From positions 129,146,001-129,210,000 of the forward strand of contig OX597814.1 of assembly GCA_951406725.2 (NCBI GenBank): DNA of 64,000 nt, in the 5' to 3' direction. The notes below the pieces were generated by a model. That model was given only the letters and a program-made list of their open reading frames with translations. It did no database searches and was not told the DNA's origin. How positions within the stretch are numbered: position 1 is the stretch's first letter; each line of letters begins with the position of its first letter. This document shows, piece after piece, positions 13,452 through 27,068 of this stretch. The translations under genes and the position numbers were made by a program. The DNA comes from Octopus vulgaris (Eukaryota).

Positions 13452-13814
13452 GCTATAGGTATCAACCCACAGGTGTTGAAAGTGTACACCAATCGCCTTA
13501 GTCTCTTTTGCCTGGCAGAAATCATTGTCATTCCTTATAAAAAGAAAAACAATAAATAAATTCATTCAGTATTGCATTTGAGTGTGTTTTCCTGAGCTAC
13601 CTGAGAAACACCCCCAAATGCAATACCCTATTTTAATAATAAACAAACACAAAAATTAATTTAGGATCAATTTTCTCACTTAGCACAAACTTTGTACTGA
13701 GCTGCAAACACCCATAATCTTTGAAGAAAATGTTTCATTTTCTTTTGTGTGGAAGCATCAGTATTATTTGTCTATGAAGCGTCAAATATCTTTGTTATAC
13801 ATTTTCATTTGTAG

Positions 13815-14167
13815 ACATTTTCTCTCTACTGTTCTCATTATATATCTTTCTCTCTTTTTCCTCTGTTTCTTTCTTCCCTTCTTTCTCCTTTTCGCATCTC
13901 TTTACCTCTCTCATAGCAGTTCTCTTTCTTCACTTTCTTTTTGTTTATTTACATTATTGTTTTTTCCCCTGCCATCTCTCCAACTCCACTATTTTGTTTC
14001 CTTCATTCTCTTTCTCTTTTTCCCCATCATCTTTCCTTACAATTCCTTCCTTGTCTTTTATTATCTTTACCTCTTTGTCACACATTATCACTCACACACA
14101 CGCACACACACACACATACAACCTTCTCTTTCTCTTTTTAATTTAGCTTCTTTTTGTTCCTCTTACA

Positions 14168-14203
<36 letters not shown>

Positions 14204-14460
14204 TTCATTCTCTCGCACCACCACTCAACTCTTTCAAACTCTATCTATTTTGTCTTTATTCTCTGACCCTCTACTTCGTTTCATTATCTCTTCCTTTAAT
14301 TCCCAGCTCCTTATCAACTTATCACCATTGTCTTATATCTTTCACCATCTTCTAACATCTTTGTTCATTGTCTCAATTTCTAATTTTATTTTTCCATCCC
14401 CCACACCACTCTTTCTATTGCCTTTCATCTCTTTATTTCTAAATCTCTCTTCAGTTTCAA
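13815..14460. repeat. CT-rich low-complexity tract with (CA)n and (CT)n
   Basis: Strong pyrimidine skew. Source of the spurious Phe/Leu/Ser ORFs. Confidence 0.85.
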
Positions 14461-14783
14461 TCTAGTGACTCTGCAAAAATTCAATTCCTAAATTGACAAA
14501 AACTCTCCAGTAATGATTTCTAACAATAGAACCCAATAATGAGACTATTCTGACAAGCAGACAGACACAAGAGGTTGAGGACATGACTTCTTTAGTGCTG
14601 GTACCACAAAAAATAAAACAGAAAAATAAAGAAGAAATTTAAATGCACCCAAAACTCTTTGTAAAATATTTAAGAGGACATTTTAGTCTTGTTAAAGACA
14701 TGGCACTGCCTTACTATTGGTGCCATGAAAAAACCCATTACTCTCTGTAAAGTGGTTGGTGTTGAGAAGGTAATCTTACCAAA

Positions 14784-15169
14784 GGCGTAGGAGTTGCTGT
14801 GTGGTAAGTAGCTTCCTTACGAACCACATGGTTCCGGGTTCAGCTCCACTGCATGGCACCTTGGGCAAGTGTCTTCTGCTATAGCCTCAGGTCAACCAAA
14901 GCCTTGTGAGTGGATTTGGTAGACGGAAACTGAAAGAAGACCATCATATATATGTATATATTTGTGTGTCTGTGTTTGTCCCCACAAGATCGCTTGACAA
15001 CCGATGCTGGTGTGTTTACGTTCCCGTAACTTAGCAGTTTGGCAAAAGAGAATGATAGAATAAGTACTAGGCTTACAAAGAATAAGTCCTGGGGTCGATT
15101 TGCTCCACTAAAGGCAGTGCTCCAGCATGGCCACAGTCAAATGACTGAAACAAGTAAAAGATGTAAAAG
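14784..15169 (+). mobile_element. Full-length family A SINE
   Basis: ggcgtaggagttgctgtgtggtaag head, B box gggttcagctcc, CORE-like caccttgggcaagtg, tail hairpin cagtcaaatgactg. Confidence 0.9.
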
Positions 15170-15966
15170 GAACCAAGCCAAAAATGAAATTCTTAAATTA
15201 GATGTCATCCTCTAATTCATCTGGCCTCTGTCCCATGACTGAAACCAGTAAAAGTATGAAGTAAATGAAAGTTAGTCTTGTAAATAATTGGTAATCTGTG
15301 TACCATTCCATCTACTTATTCTGAGCATGGTTTCGTTCTATGAATGTAAGCTTCCTTCTCAATCTTTACACACACAAAAGCACATTCACACGCACTCACT
15401 CACTCTCCGTCCATGCTCCCTCTTTTAATACTCCTTATACATTATTTGTCTCTTCAGTTAAATTGTGTGGAAACAGATAGCAAATTCATTAGAGAGTTAG
15501 ACAATAATGCCTTGTGGTAGGCATCTGATTATCTCCCTTCACTTTGTGTCCAAACCCTGTCCTGGTTGATATTGTCTTTAATCCTTCTGAGATCAAAGAA
15601 ATAAATCTTGATTATGCAGTGGCTTTAGTTTAATGAAATTTACCCTTACTAGTGCCCCAGTATGGGACACTAGCAAGAGTAAGAAGAAGGTGGGAAAAGT
15701 TAAGGGAGTTTTTACTTTGGTTGATACCAAAGGGATTCTCTTTCCAAATGAAGTATAGGTCATATGATGTTTGTGTGTAATGCTTACGCAAAAAATGGAT
15801 AATAGATGTAGAGAATTTGTGAAACTGGAAAGAATGAAGTATGTACCACTGGATGTTTAATGTTGGTGTTCATGAGTAATGGAGCACAAATAAGCTGGGG
15901 AAAAGAATGCTGTAGTGACGCCTGGTTCCAGATGACATTTTGGAATTTTCATCCATGCATGCTCAG

Positions 15967-16111
15967 GGATTAGAGCCTTCCAGAAGCCCCTTATGTGCAC
16001 ACGCAGTCATCAGCAGCACCTAGGCTTGACCGCTATTCTCTCTCTTTGGCCCCGGCTTCTGACCAGACAGGATGCAGTTTAGACCAGCTCCGTGGAGCTG
16101 GAATTCTGATG
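15967..16111 (+). CDS. Candidate exon of the host gene, frame ambiguous
   Basis: GC-richer island with acceptors CAG (15964-66) and TAG (15971-73) and donor ATG|gtgagc at 16111/16112. 15974-16111 is 138 nt and open (SLPEAPYVH...GAGILM). The CAG phase-1 frame reads GIRAFQKP...RQDAV*. Confidence 0.35.
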
Positions 16112-16399
16112 GTGAGCGACGTTGCGAGTCTGTGAAAATGCCTTCGTATTTTTGTGACTAACTACCAATGCTGCTGCTTCTCGTACACCAAGGTGTCCAG
16201 GCTATTGATGTCCAGAGATGAAATGTTTATTCAGGCAAAATAAATTATTATTATTTGTTTGGCGATTCTTGTTCCCACTATTTTCCTTTCCTATGTAAGG
16301 AATGTAAGGAATTGTGTAAGGAATTGTGAGGCACCCATCCAGTGCTAACCTCACATCTTACAAGGCCTTTTGATTAGATGTAACAGGCAAGGGAAAAGA

Positions 16400-16630
16400 A
16401 TGTGGTAATGTAGATTGGGAATGTCAGTTGTGGAAAGAAGTACCATGTAATCTAAGTTGCATAACTATGTGGAAGAACAAGTGTGGAAAGACTTGAGGAA
16501 AAGTGGGGAAGTTTGATCTCAAGAAATTGGACCTCATGAAGGAGAATGACAAATATCCTCAACAAGTGGCAAAACACTGTGCTAGAGGAGACTCATCTAA
16601 CCCATGCAAGCATGGAAAAGCAGAAGTAAA
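16400..16630 (+). mobile_element. Decayed RTE-like LINE 3' end
   Basis: ctgtgctagaggagactcatctaacccatgcaagcatggaaaag, the tail shared with family D. Confidence 0.5.
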
Positions 16631-17006
16631 ATAATACATTTGTCTTATATTTATTCATTTATATTTCTCTGTTTTGTCTTGTAGTCATTCTTTTGTTTAT
16701 AACGGTATTTATGTGTACACATATAAATTTATGCATCTGTGTGTATGTGTGTGTATATAGATATATATATATATATATTGTGCATTAATTTGTATGTTTG
16801 TGTTTATTAGTGTGTGCGTTTGAACATATATGTAGATCTGTTCAAATCTGTGTTTGACATTTAAAAATACTTCAACTGCATCTTTTTTATCTTTTTTTTC
16901 CACTGATCTGTCATGCTGTTTTTTTATTTATTTATTTATCTATCTATTTATCTATTTATTTTACTTACATTTGAGACACTCACTCTGCCTGTTTGTCTAT
17001 CTTTAG

Positions 17007-17050
17007 TAAACGACTGTACAGTTTATAAGACAGGCCCAGGACTGGTCTGA
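17007..17050 (+). CDS. Candidate terminal exon
   Basis: Acceptor ctgcctgtttgtctatctttag. Phase 1 reads xNDCTVYKTGPGLV*; phase 2 reads KRLYSL*. Followed by about 2.3 kb of SINE-poor, UTR-like sequence. Confidence 0.35.
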
Positions 17051-17795
17051 ATATAGTACACTGCAAACATCACACACAAGAGGAAATTATACTTCTCACA
17101 CTGTTTACAGAATCTAACAAGTGTTGGGAGAGGAGACTGGTTTTAATTTCTCTATTTTATATATATATATTCTTTATTTTTGCCTTTTGGCCTTTCACTG
17201 TAACTCAGTTAAAAGGGTTCTTTATATATATATACATACATATGGATACACATTTACACACATAAATCTAATCACTCACGTGTATATATAAAAGGAAACT
17301 TAATTATTTTCATATGAGTATATTCTAAAAAGAAGTTCAGTGATTTTTTTTTTTATCATTTTGTTTCTGATAATTTTTTTTTAAGCACTATATTTTCCAT
17401 TCTTCAACTGCTGCCTTGAATTAAATCTACAGTTGGAATATTCCATATTATATCTTTGGTAAATTTTGAAGGTGGAAGCATAAAAGTGTTGAAATGGTAA
17501 AGAAAGAAAAACAAATACAGACGGAACCCTCACAAACCTGGAATAAATAATAACAGAGGTTAAAAAAAATCAGATACAAACATTTATTATTTACACTACA
17601 TACATATTGTTTATTTAATTTTTATAAGAAGCAAAGAAAAAAAAAACAAAAGATCCCTTCTGAAAATAAGAAGACAGAACAAAACAACAAAAAATGCCAA
17701 AAATTGAGATTCTTTGATGAGACTTAATGAAGCTGCTCCTTTAGTCATTTGGATTAATCTGGATGTTACATTTGGGAAAGTAACACATATTCACA

Positions 17796-17830
<35 letters not shown>

Positions 17831-18350
17831 TATACACATGCATGTATATATGATACATACACATAAATGGTAAATAACAAGGAATTGATTTTCTCACATC
17901 TGGATTTATTGATTGATTAATTAAACAGCTCATAAGTATGGTAGGAAAGAAAGATTCTTTTCTTTGGTTCTTCATTTTTGGTTTTCACTTATTGACTCAT
18001 TGTCACTTCCTAATTATCTGGCATATCATATCGGTTCTATAAATATTTATTTAGATAATTTTCCCCCCGAAACTCTTCTGTTTTGCATTAAGTTTGCTTT
18101 CTTACCATTTAGTGTACCAGAAATATAAAACAACTCATTTGCGTACTTACTTCAAATGAATTAATTTGTGTGTGTATATATACACACACACACACATACA
18201 TACACATACATATTCAAACACTTACATACATAGCAATACATAGAACCTATTTATACATGCACACACATTTAAAGTGACTTGTATTGAAATGTTTATTTTC
18301 CCTTTCTTGCTATATTCAACGAAGATATAAATATGAAGGAATAACAGCAT

Positions 18351-18384
<34 letters not shown>

Positions 18385-19123
18385 AAACCTTTGTATTTGT
18401 GTCATATGTTCTTAAAGTTTATTTTAGTAATTGTGGCTAAGGCTTTGTTGGAGTATCACCTTTTCATGTGTAAAAGAGTTAGGGTTACCTATTCGTGCCT
18501 AAAGATTTTGTGAAAAAGGATCTTACGGTTCATTCTACTTAACAGTTGATTGACAAAACGCACTCACACACACACACACACACACACACACAAATATATA
18601 TAAATATATATATATATTCAAATTCACAGATAGATATATAGATATATGTTTACATTTATGTTAATATACATTTATATCTTTTAGAGATGTTATGAAGTGT
18701 CTGCATATAAATGTATAATACACAAACACACACACACATATATTGTATTTAATCTGCTCTTTGCTATACTGCATGTTGGTCTGTTTTAGGCAGTTCTAGT
18801 AATATGTCAGTATTTCTGAGAAGTGATTCCTATCTCCTTGCTCAACTTGTCTCTGTTCGTGGGGAAAATGTCACTGTGAGTTGCTCCCCATGACCCTTTC
18901 TAAAGTGCAGTTTAATTGACTCTGTGAAAGAGACAGCGAGGAAGACTGAATAATCAACACCCCTCTCTTACTTGATTTGTACTTTATTTATTGATTTAAG
19001 ATGGATGAGGAATAAGATTAATGTGACCTTAGGTTTTAGCAGGGCTTGAACTCAGAGTGCATGAAGCTGAAACAAATACAGCAAGGCATTCTGCCCTGAT
19101 ACTCCATCAACTTAGCCTAGTCA

Positions 19124-19159
<36 letters not shown>

Positions 19160-20838
19160 CACATAGAAAAATGCATACAAGCTAATTGTACATTAATTTA
19201 TATTACACCCTATTTTGTATTGAGTGTATATGTTATACATATACACTCACACACATGGATTTAGCCAAGTATCAAATTACACATTGGCATCTGTTTTGAC
19301 CTTGAATTGTAAATGTGGAAGATTTGTTTGCCAATTTTCATATGAAATAAATTAAAAATAAATTTCATGCCCAATGTTGACTGTCTTTGAGTATTTACTC
19401 TGAGAAATTCCAAAACAGAATAAGAATGAATTTATTCCTGAGTATCATTTAAACAGTGTTTCCTTTGTACAGTGATAAACCTTGATGAAAATTATAGCAA
19501 TCATTTGTATCTCTTACCCTCATTACTAGACATGGGCTGCCTTGAAAAAAAAAATTGCACCCACACATAATATATAGAGAGATACTGTATATTTAAACCT
19601 GTTAGTAGGGCCACTACATAGTCATTTGGCCTCCTAGAAATAGTAACCAAATCCTTCTCATATCACAGCCTGTCATTAAAAACAACAAAAGGACAATGTA
19701 AATCATTATACATTACACCTGAAAAATAATGTCTGAAAGATCAAGAGACATAAGCAAATAAAGAATTAGGAAGTTAAACTAGCTATATTTGCAGAAGAAC
19801 TGAAATTGGTTTGGTTTGATTCTTCACTTTAAGCTAGTTTTTAGGTTTGAAGAATTCAACCAGTACAGCAGCCTTGCTTTTTATTACAGCAACACCAATA
19901 TCCAAAGAATTATTGCCTATTTCTTTGGATGTTTGCTACTAGATTTATTTGTAAAGTTTAAATTAAATGAAAATTACATTGTTGTCACATAGCTGTAAGA
20001 ATGTATACACTCCATAACATCAAACACAAATCTTTTATATTTGATTGGTTGATGATTAATAATCTCCCAATATCTCTTAATTATTTCTGAGAAGTTGTCT
20101 ATTATTATTATCATCACCCTCATCCTCATTATTATTATTATTATTAATCTGAATATAAATATTTAAGCGTTTTATTATTTCCCCCTTTTTTTTTTATTTG
20201 CACTTTTAAGATTCTTGAAGATGAAAGTGTAGAGAAAGCACGCAATATAAACTATTGAATTAGAAACAACAACAGCAGAAACAACAGTAGTAGTAGTAGT
20301 AATAATAATAATAATGATTATTTATTTATTTGCCTCAATGGCTACAAAACAAGTATAAATAACAAAATATATATAACCAGGTGCTAGTCAGCAGACACAT
20401 ATATAGGAAATATAATTTATCATTACAAGTGAAATATCTATGGCTAAATAGGAATATAATAAATAAGAATATAAGAATAGTTGTATAGTTATCATATAAG
20501 TCATGTTTTATTTCCTTTTTAGTGCTCATAATTTCACTAGAAATTCTCTCTTTTGTTGGTAATATCAACAAGCATTTATTGGTGTATTTTCAGGATTCCA
20601 CTTTGAATTACTTTCTATTTGCCAAATTAAAGAATGCCACTCACAACATTATTAACACTTTATCATGTACTTCAAATTGCTTACTGGCAATTGGTTTCAA
20701 GCAATCATACTTGCCTTGTATACACTCTAATTCAGTGTTATCTCTTGTAATTGCTAATGGACTGCGTTTCCTAGTTCTGTAACCACCTGTTATGATTTGG
20801 AAAGTTACATAACTAACACAATGTTTTCATGTGTTCAG

Positions 20839-20869
20839 AGAAATCGGAAAAGTTTTCTAGATGATAAAG
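20839..20869 (+). CDS. 31-nt internal exon, RNRKSFLDDK + G (phase 0 to 1)
   Basis: Branch point aactaac 20811-17, acceptor gtgttcag, donor AAG|gtaaga. Only one frame is open. Confidence 0.7.
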
Positions 20870-20977
20870 GTAAGAAAATCTATAAAAAAAAATATAAAAA
20901 TAATAATTTTGCATTTTCTTCCATTAAATAATTATCATTGCCTTCTTCTCTCTTTCTCTACTGTTTTATTTGTTGTA

Positions 20978-21391
20978 TTACTCTTTTACTTGTTTCAGTC
21001 ATTTGACTGTGGCCATGCTGGAGCACCACCTTTAGTCGAACAAATCGACCCCCAGGACTTATTCTTTGTAAGCCCAGTACTTATTCTATCGATCTCTTTT
21101 GCCGAACTGCTAAGTTACAGGATCATAAACACACCAGCATCGGTTGTCAAGCGTTGTTGGGGGGGGGGACAAACACAGACACACAAACATACACGCACAC
21201 ATACATACATATATATATACATATATACGATGGGATTCTTTCAGTCTGTCCAATCCACTCACAAGGCTTTGGTCAGCCCGAGGCTATAGTAGAAGCCACT
21301 TGCTCATGGTTCCACACAGTGGGACTGAACCCGGAACCATGTGGTTCATAAGCAAGCTACTTACCATACAGCCAAGCAAGCTACTTACCAT
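20978..21391 (-). mobile_element. Family A SINE with an 18-nt duplication at its 5' end
   Basis: Standard body. aagcaagctacttaccat repeated at 21350-21367 and 21374-21391. Confidence 0.85.
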
Positions 21392-21945
21392 TGTTTCTTA
21401 TAATGCTTGATATAATTTACTTTAAAGCTATAGAAGTGAATTTTAAAATATCACTATGAATATTTAGTCTTTCTCTTAAATAATTGTTGTATATATTTCC
21501 ATATTATCTCACAATGTCATATTTGAAAGAACTAGACGCCTATGCATGTTGGGATATTTAACTTGAGTCTGTTTGATGCCATAAAACTAGGGCTATACCC
21601 AGCCCTGTGAAGCCTCTTTGGGTTTACATAGCATTAGCATATTTAATAGTTGTTTCATTGTGACTCTGTACTTAGCTATTTGTGGGTCCTCACTTTACCT
21701 ACACGACAGTAATAGGTCACAAATCTGTTGATAAATAAACTCTGTAACTGATGAATATCTATCTGAAGTGGTGTCGCATTTTATCTCTGATTCACTTAAC
21801 ACCGCATAAACAGAACCAAAGAGTAGCTTTAGGTCTACTGAAAGTTCTATAGGGTATCTGACATTTTACTTTTGTCTGAATCTAAGAATTTTATCATCTC
21901 TGTTTCTAAACATCACTATTTTAATAATTTTATTTCGTCTGTTGT

Positions 21946-22325
21946 ATACTCTTTTACTTATTTCAGTCATTTGACTGCGGCCATGCTGGAGCACTGCCTT
22001 TAGTTGACCAAATCGACCCTAGGACTTACTCTTTGTAAGCCTAGTACTTATTCTATCGATCTCTTTTGCCGAACTGCTAAGTTACAGGATCGTAAACACA
22101 CCAGCATCGGTTGTCAAGCGATGTTGGGAGGGGGGGGGACAAACACAGACACACAAACATATACACACATATATACATATATACGATGGGCTTCTTTCAG
22201 TTTCCATCTACCAAATCCACTCACAAGGCTTTAGTCGGCCCGAGGCTATAGTAGAAGACACTTGCCCAAGGTGCCATGCAGTGGGACTGAACCTGTAACT
22301 TACCACACAGCCACTCCTGCACCTG
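21946..22325 (-). mobile_element. Family A SINE
   Basis: Close to the 20978 copy; both carry gttacaggatc and a G-run before gacaaac. Confidence 0.88.
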
Positions 22326-22452
22326 TTGTATAACTATAAAAATAAAATTTTTTTTTCCCTCCATATCACAAGTTACTTCCCAAGTAGTTTTTCCTTTTTT
22401 ATCATTTGCCATCCAATAAATGAAAGCATCATCACCCTCATCATTCATTGTT

Positions 22453-22651
22453 TTAACCCTTTAACATTCAGGTTATTCTGTCAAATGTAATGCTTATTTA
22501 CTCACACTGTTTTGAACTAATCACGATGTGATTGCTTATTTTTAGAAGGACATAGTAGGATAGGTGTGAGAGGCTGTTTTGAAGACTGGTTTGAAGATAA
22601 AATGTAGAATATTTTGACCAGATCTGTCTGGTTTCAATGTTAAAGGGTTAA
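22453..22651. mobile_element. piggyBac-like MITE
   Basis: ttaa-ccctttaacatt ... aatgttaaaggg-ttaa. Confidence 0.8.
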
Positions 22652-23316
22652 TGTGTTAATTTTTTTTACATTATTGTTATGACTTGGAGATATTTATCAT
22701 GTAACATTTGCCCATGCACCTTAGTTTAATTTAACCATGTCGTTTTGGTTCAAGTTTTCTTCTATTTACTTCTACCATTGGTGTCACCCAACATACATTT
22801 CTATAACGTTTGTACCAGTATATCCTCCATGTACTTTTGATAATGCTTTTGATATCATAACCCTGTATTTCTTAAGATGGTCTTAAGGGTATATGAAGTA
22901 ACCGCAAAAATGAATTTGAGAAAAGGTAGTTAGGACAGCTCTGCTTTTCATATGAAAATATAGACAGGTGGGCTGTAAGTATGTCCATGCTGAATCCATA
23001 TTGAATAAGAAAAGTGAGTATTAAATTGCTGAGGCTTATAATGGTGTTTCGTTAAGATTGTTGAAGTGCTGATCATGAAAAACATAGGCTAGATAGCATT
23101 GTCAACTGTTTTTGCTTTCATGCATCTCATTTGACATATCGAAAGAGTGTCAATGGCACAGACCTAGTTTTGTAGACAATGATACATAATTAGCAAATGA
23201 AACAAATGTTTATGATAAAAATCCATCAAATTTTTCCTTTTTATTTTGGCTTTCATTGAGAAAAAGGCCAACAACTATTATTCCTCACTGTTGAAAATGA
23301 AGTATCTTGGGGAGTT

Positions 23317-23544
23317 TTAACCCTTTTGTTACTGTATTTATTTTGAGATACTGTGTGTTTCCTTCAATTACTTTAAATATAACTAAGAATTTAGTAAAAT
23401 AACTTAATTATCATTAAGCTCGTGTTAGGAACATAAATTATGACTAAGGTTTCGTGGAAGATTTTAATTCAAAACTTATGAAAACAAGACATTTGTACTC
23501 AGAGCCAGAGCTGGTTTCAGCCGGGTTGGTAACGAAAGGGGTAA
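23317..23544. mobile_element. piggyBac-like MITE, second subfamily
   Basis: ttaa-cccttttgttac ... gtaacgaaaggg-gtaa. Reverse homolog of 62487-62677. Confidence 0.8.
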
Positions 23545-23554
23545 CTAATAATAA

Positions 23555-23768
23555 TCCTTTCATCTATAAGTACAAGGCCTGAAATTTTTGGGAGTGAGCT
23601 GGTCACTTATATTGACCCAAGTGTTTCACTGCTACTTATTTCATTGACCCCAAAAGGGTGAAAGGTAACATTGGCCTTGATGGAATTTGAACTCAGAGTG
23701 TAAAGATGGCTGAAATGCCGCTAAGCATTTTGCCCAGTGTGCTATCAATTTTGCCAGCTTACCGCCAT
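23555..23768 (-). mobile_element. Older family B-related SINE
   Basis: gaatttgaactcaga...ctaagcattttgccc...gccagcttaccgcc. Confidence 0.7.
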
Positions 23769-23784
23769 AATAATAATAATAAGA

Positions 23785-24190
23785 AGAAGATGGGCTACAG
23801 CAAATATTCTGCTCAATACCACAGATTTGCATGTCATTTGTTTGATCATAACCAGTTGAGCATGTCCCTTAGTGGCTGATGATATGTGCATCTCAGATCA
23901 TGAGCAGAAGTAGTTGGGGAGCATCATAGCCATGTGTGTTGAAAGAAGTTCTTTGAGGTTTGAATCATTCACCTCTGGAAACATGAGTGTTTCGTTCATC
24001 ATCCTTAAAACAAACCTTATTCGAGGACCTTTTGAGTAGGATGGGTTATTCGACTGGAAGGAAATTCTAACTGGGCCTCACCACAATTGGTTGTGATGCA
24101 TGTGTCTGGTGTACCCTTATCAGATGGGTAGTCATGATGGGTATACTGGGTTTCATATATTTTACCCCAGTATCACTTTCTCTCACTCAA
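23785..24190 (+). mobile_element. Family E (AAT)n-associated repeat, 5'-truncated
   Basis: aagatgggctacagcaaatattctgctcaatacc ... ctctcactc-aataataat, with AAT runs on both sides. Confidence 0.8.
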
Positions 24191-26912
24191 TAATAATAAT
24201 AATAATAGTAATAATAAAGTTGTATTGACTTCTGTTTGGTTGCTATTGGTTTTATGAGGCACAGGAAGTTAATAAAATATAAGACTGAAATTAAGTTCTT
24301 TGTTGGAACGGATGTGGGATTTAAAGAAAAAAAATGTTTCACTGTTTTATTTAGTGTTGGCAGAAGGATAATGAGAGTGACACAAGATCTGAATTAAGTA
24401 TGTTTGATAGTAAATCCTTTGGGGAACCATCCTGTTTTAGTTAATTACTAGCTATGGACATGTTATTTTTTTAAAAGGATTTAAAGTATATGGGCTTGTT
24501 ATTTTAAGACTGGAAAAAAAGTAGGAGTCAAAGAAACTGCAACATGATGGGTTAAATATGGCTTGTATTTTATTTTCTCTGTCTACATTGTGTGTTCAGA
24601 TCTCACCAGGATCAAGTTTGCTTTTATTCCTTTAGGGCCAATTGAATAAGGACCAGTAGTCTAATGATAGTGATTCCTTCCCTATAAAAATTTGCAGTCT
24701 TCTGTCATGGAGAGAAATTATTATTCTAAGACTGTGTATTTATAGCATCCGAAACTATATGGATTTATGGAACCTAAAACAGTATCTAATTGTATTGTCT
24801 GAAAGCTAAAGACTTGTGTCACAAAATGCCATATTTGTGTCACAGTGGGGTGTAAGATTTGTGCAACCCAAGGCTATAGAAATTGTTTGTACCCAAAGAT
24901 TTATGAGAGCAAACTGATATTTTTACTATAGAAAATAATAAAATGTGTTGGTGTTTCTTGCTTTATCTGATTCAAAATTTTTCATTTCCCCCTTTTCCTG
25001 TTTTAATAAACCAACAATTTCTCTGACTCCACCATTTACAATCTGGTTAACTTAATCGCTGTGATTCTGATTTGAGTTGCTATCCTCACTTGCTTATTGC
25101 CAGCAACAAAGACCCACAGTTGTTTGACCTTCTATATTTACTCCATGCTCTTTTGTACTCTGTTTTACTAGAGAGAACAAGAGGGATGAAGGAAGGCAGG
25201 AGAGTGTGTATGTGTGAAAGTGTTTGTATAAAAGTTTTGTCAGTCTATGAGACGATGTACATATGTAAGGAGAGTGTTTGTATGTATGTATGTATGTGTA
25301 TATAAGAGAGAATTTAGAAAAGTTTGTAGGACAGAAAGAGACTAGGAAATTGTTATAGACAGACAGAGAGCAAAAGAGTAAGCAAAAGATGTTTAGAAGG
25401 AAAGGATGAAGTGCAAAAAAAAAACAAAAATGAAGCATTTAAAAAAAAATGTATGAAATAGAATTATATACACAAACATACATCAACAGTATTCTGCAGT
25501 AGTTTTATAATATTCCACCCCCGCCATCCAGCTTCATTACATCATCTATTAGTTTAGATACCCTGTAGAAATCGTTTGATAAATACATGCTGAAAACAAG
25601 ATTCAGCTATTTTGTTGTACTTTTCATCACTCTGTTTACTTCGGCTGACCTAGATGAGCATTTGATCTCACACTTGAGTGGCTAGTGCTAATGGTTGGTT
25701 ATTGCTGTTGCTATTTAGTTATGCCCTACTGCCCATAGTTTTGATTGAGCTGTTCTATGATCAAAGGCAGTTCTGTTTTATATTTGGGGGAATCTGGGAC
25801 TGCATTATCTAAACTGTCCTTCCTTCCTGTACTAAGATATTGGGGTGTGGGATTGAAGGAGATTTGGCATCTATTTCTTGCAGGTCAGCAATTATATAGA
25901 GACCTTCTGTGGCTAGTGCTTCGCCTACAGTACAACACTAGTTACTGTCTGTAAACCAACCGTGTGTAGCTTAATGCATTTTTTAAGTTGGTTCTTTTTG
26001 TATTAAGATATTGGAGTGTGTGACTGAAGGGGATTTGGCATCCAGTTCTTGGAGGTTAAAAAGCCACATTGAGGCTTTTTATGGTTGGTTGGTACTTGGT
26101 TTACAGTATGGCACTAGTAACTGTTTAACTGGCCATGTGTAGCTTAATACTTTCTTATATTTGGTCTCTGTATTTATAACACTAAATTACAATATTTTAA
26201 CTTTTCTATTTAGAATTTTGTGTTCTAAACATTGACATATGTATGTTACAATTACCACCACCATCAACAACATTATCATTACCATCATCATCACTATCAT
26301 CATCACTCACAACTGATGGCTTGTTTATTTTTTTTTTCCCCTTCTGTGTGGTTAAATCAGACATATTTGTCTCCTTCCAGCATGTCTTGTTCTTCTAGTT
26401 GTTAGTCATTTCCTCTATAGATATCCTACTTTTGGAGGTCACTTTGGCTATCTTGTTCCATATTTTGGTTGACTATTCTATCTGACCTCCACCCAACTAA
26501 GTAAAAACTACACACACACACACACACACACACATTAGCCTACAAAGTCTATTACACATGTCTCTTTGTCTGCAACTTTGACTATTTATTTGCAGCCGTT
26601 TTTTTGGGGAGATATCAAAGTATTCTACTTCCTCTACAGTTCCATTTAAATGGTTTAGAATTTTTATTTTTATTTTTGCAACTATTAATGTTCTTTCAGA
26701 TTCATTGGTAAACATACTCTGTATGCCACAATACCATCACCGTCAATGTCTCTACATACAGACATAGAACAAATATATTTTTCATATGAGTGACTCAACA
26801 ACATCAGATCTCACTTTACTATATTTTCCAATGGTTTTGCATTTTTTACTCAGGGTCCATCATCCATTCATAATCCATACCCAGATCCCTTCAGTCACCA
26901 CTCCTGCCTGCT

Positions 26913-27068
26913 TCTTATTTCTTTATTACCCACAAGGGGCTAAACATAGAGGGGACAAACAAGGACAGACAAAGGGATTAAGTTGATTACATCGCCCCCA
27001 GTATGCAACTGCCATTTAATTTATCGACCCCGAAAGGATGAAAGGCAAAGTCGACCTCGGCAGAATTC
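26913..27068 (-). mobile_element. Family B SINE, 5'-truncated
   Basis: cttatttctttattacccacaaggggctaaac...gcaaagtcgacctcggcagaatt. Confidence 0.8.

Noticed and set aside
13747-14465. 202-aa hydrophobic ORF resembling a membrane protein
   Set aside because: CT-rich low-complexity DNA lacks stops by composition. No domain or splice structure.
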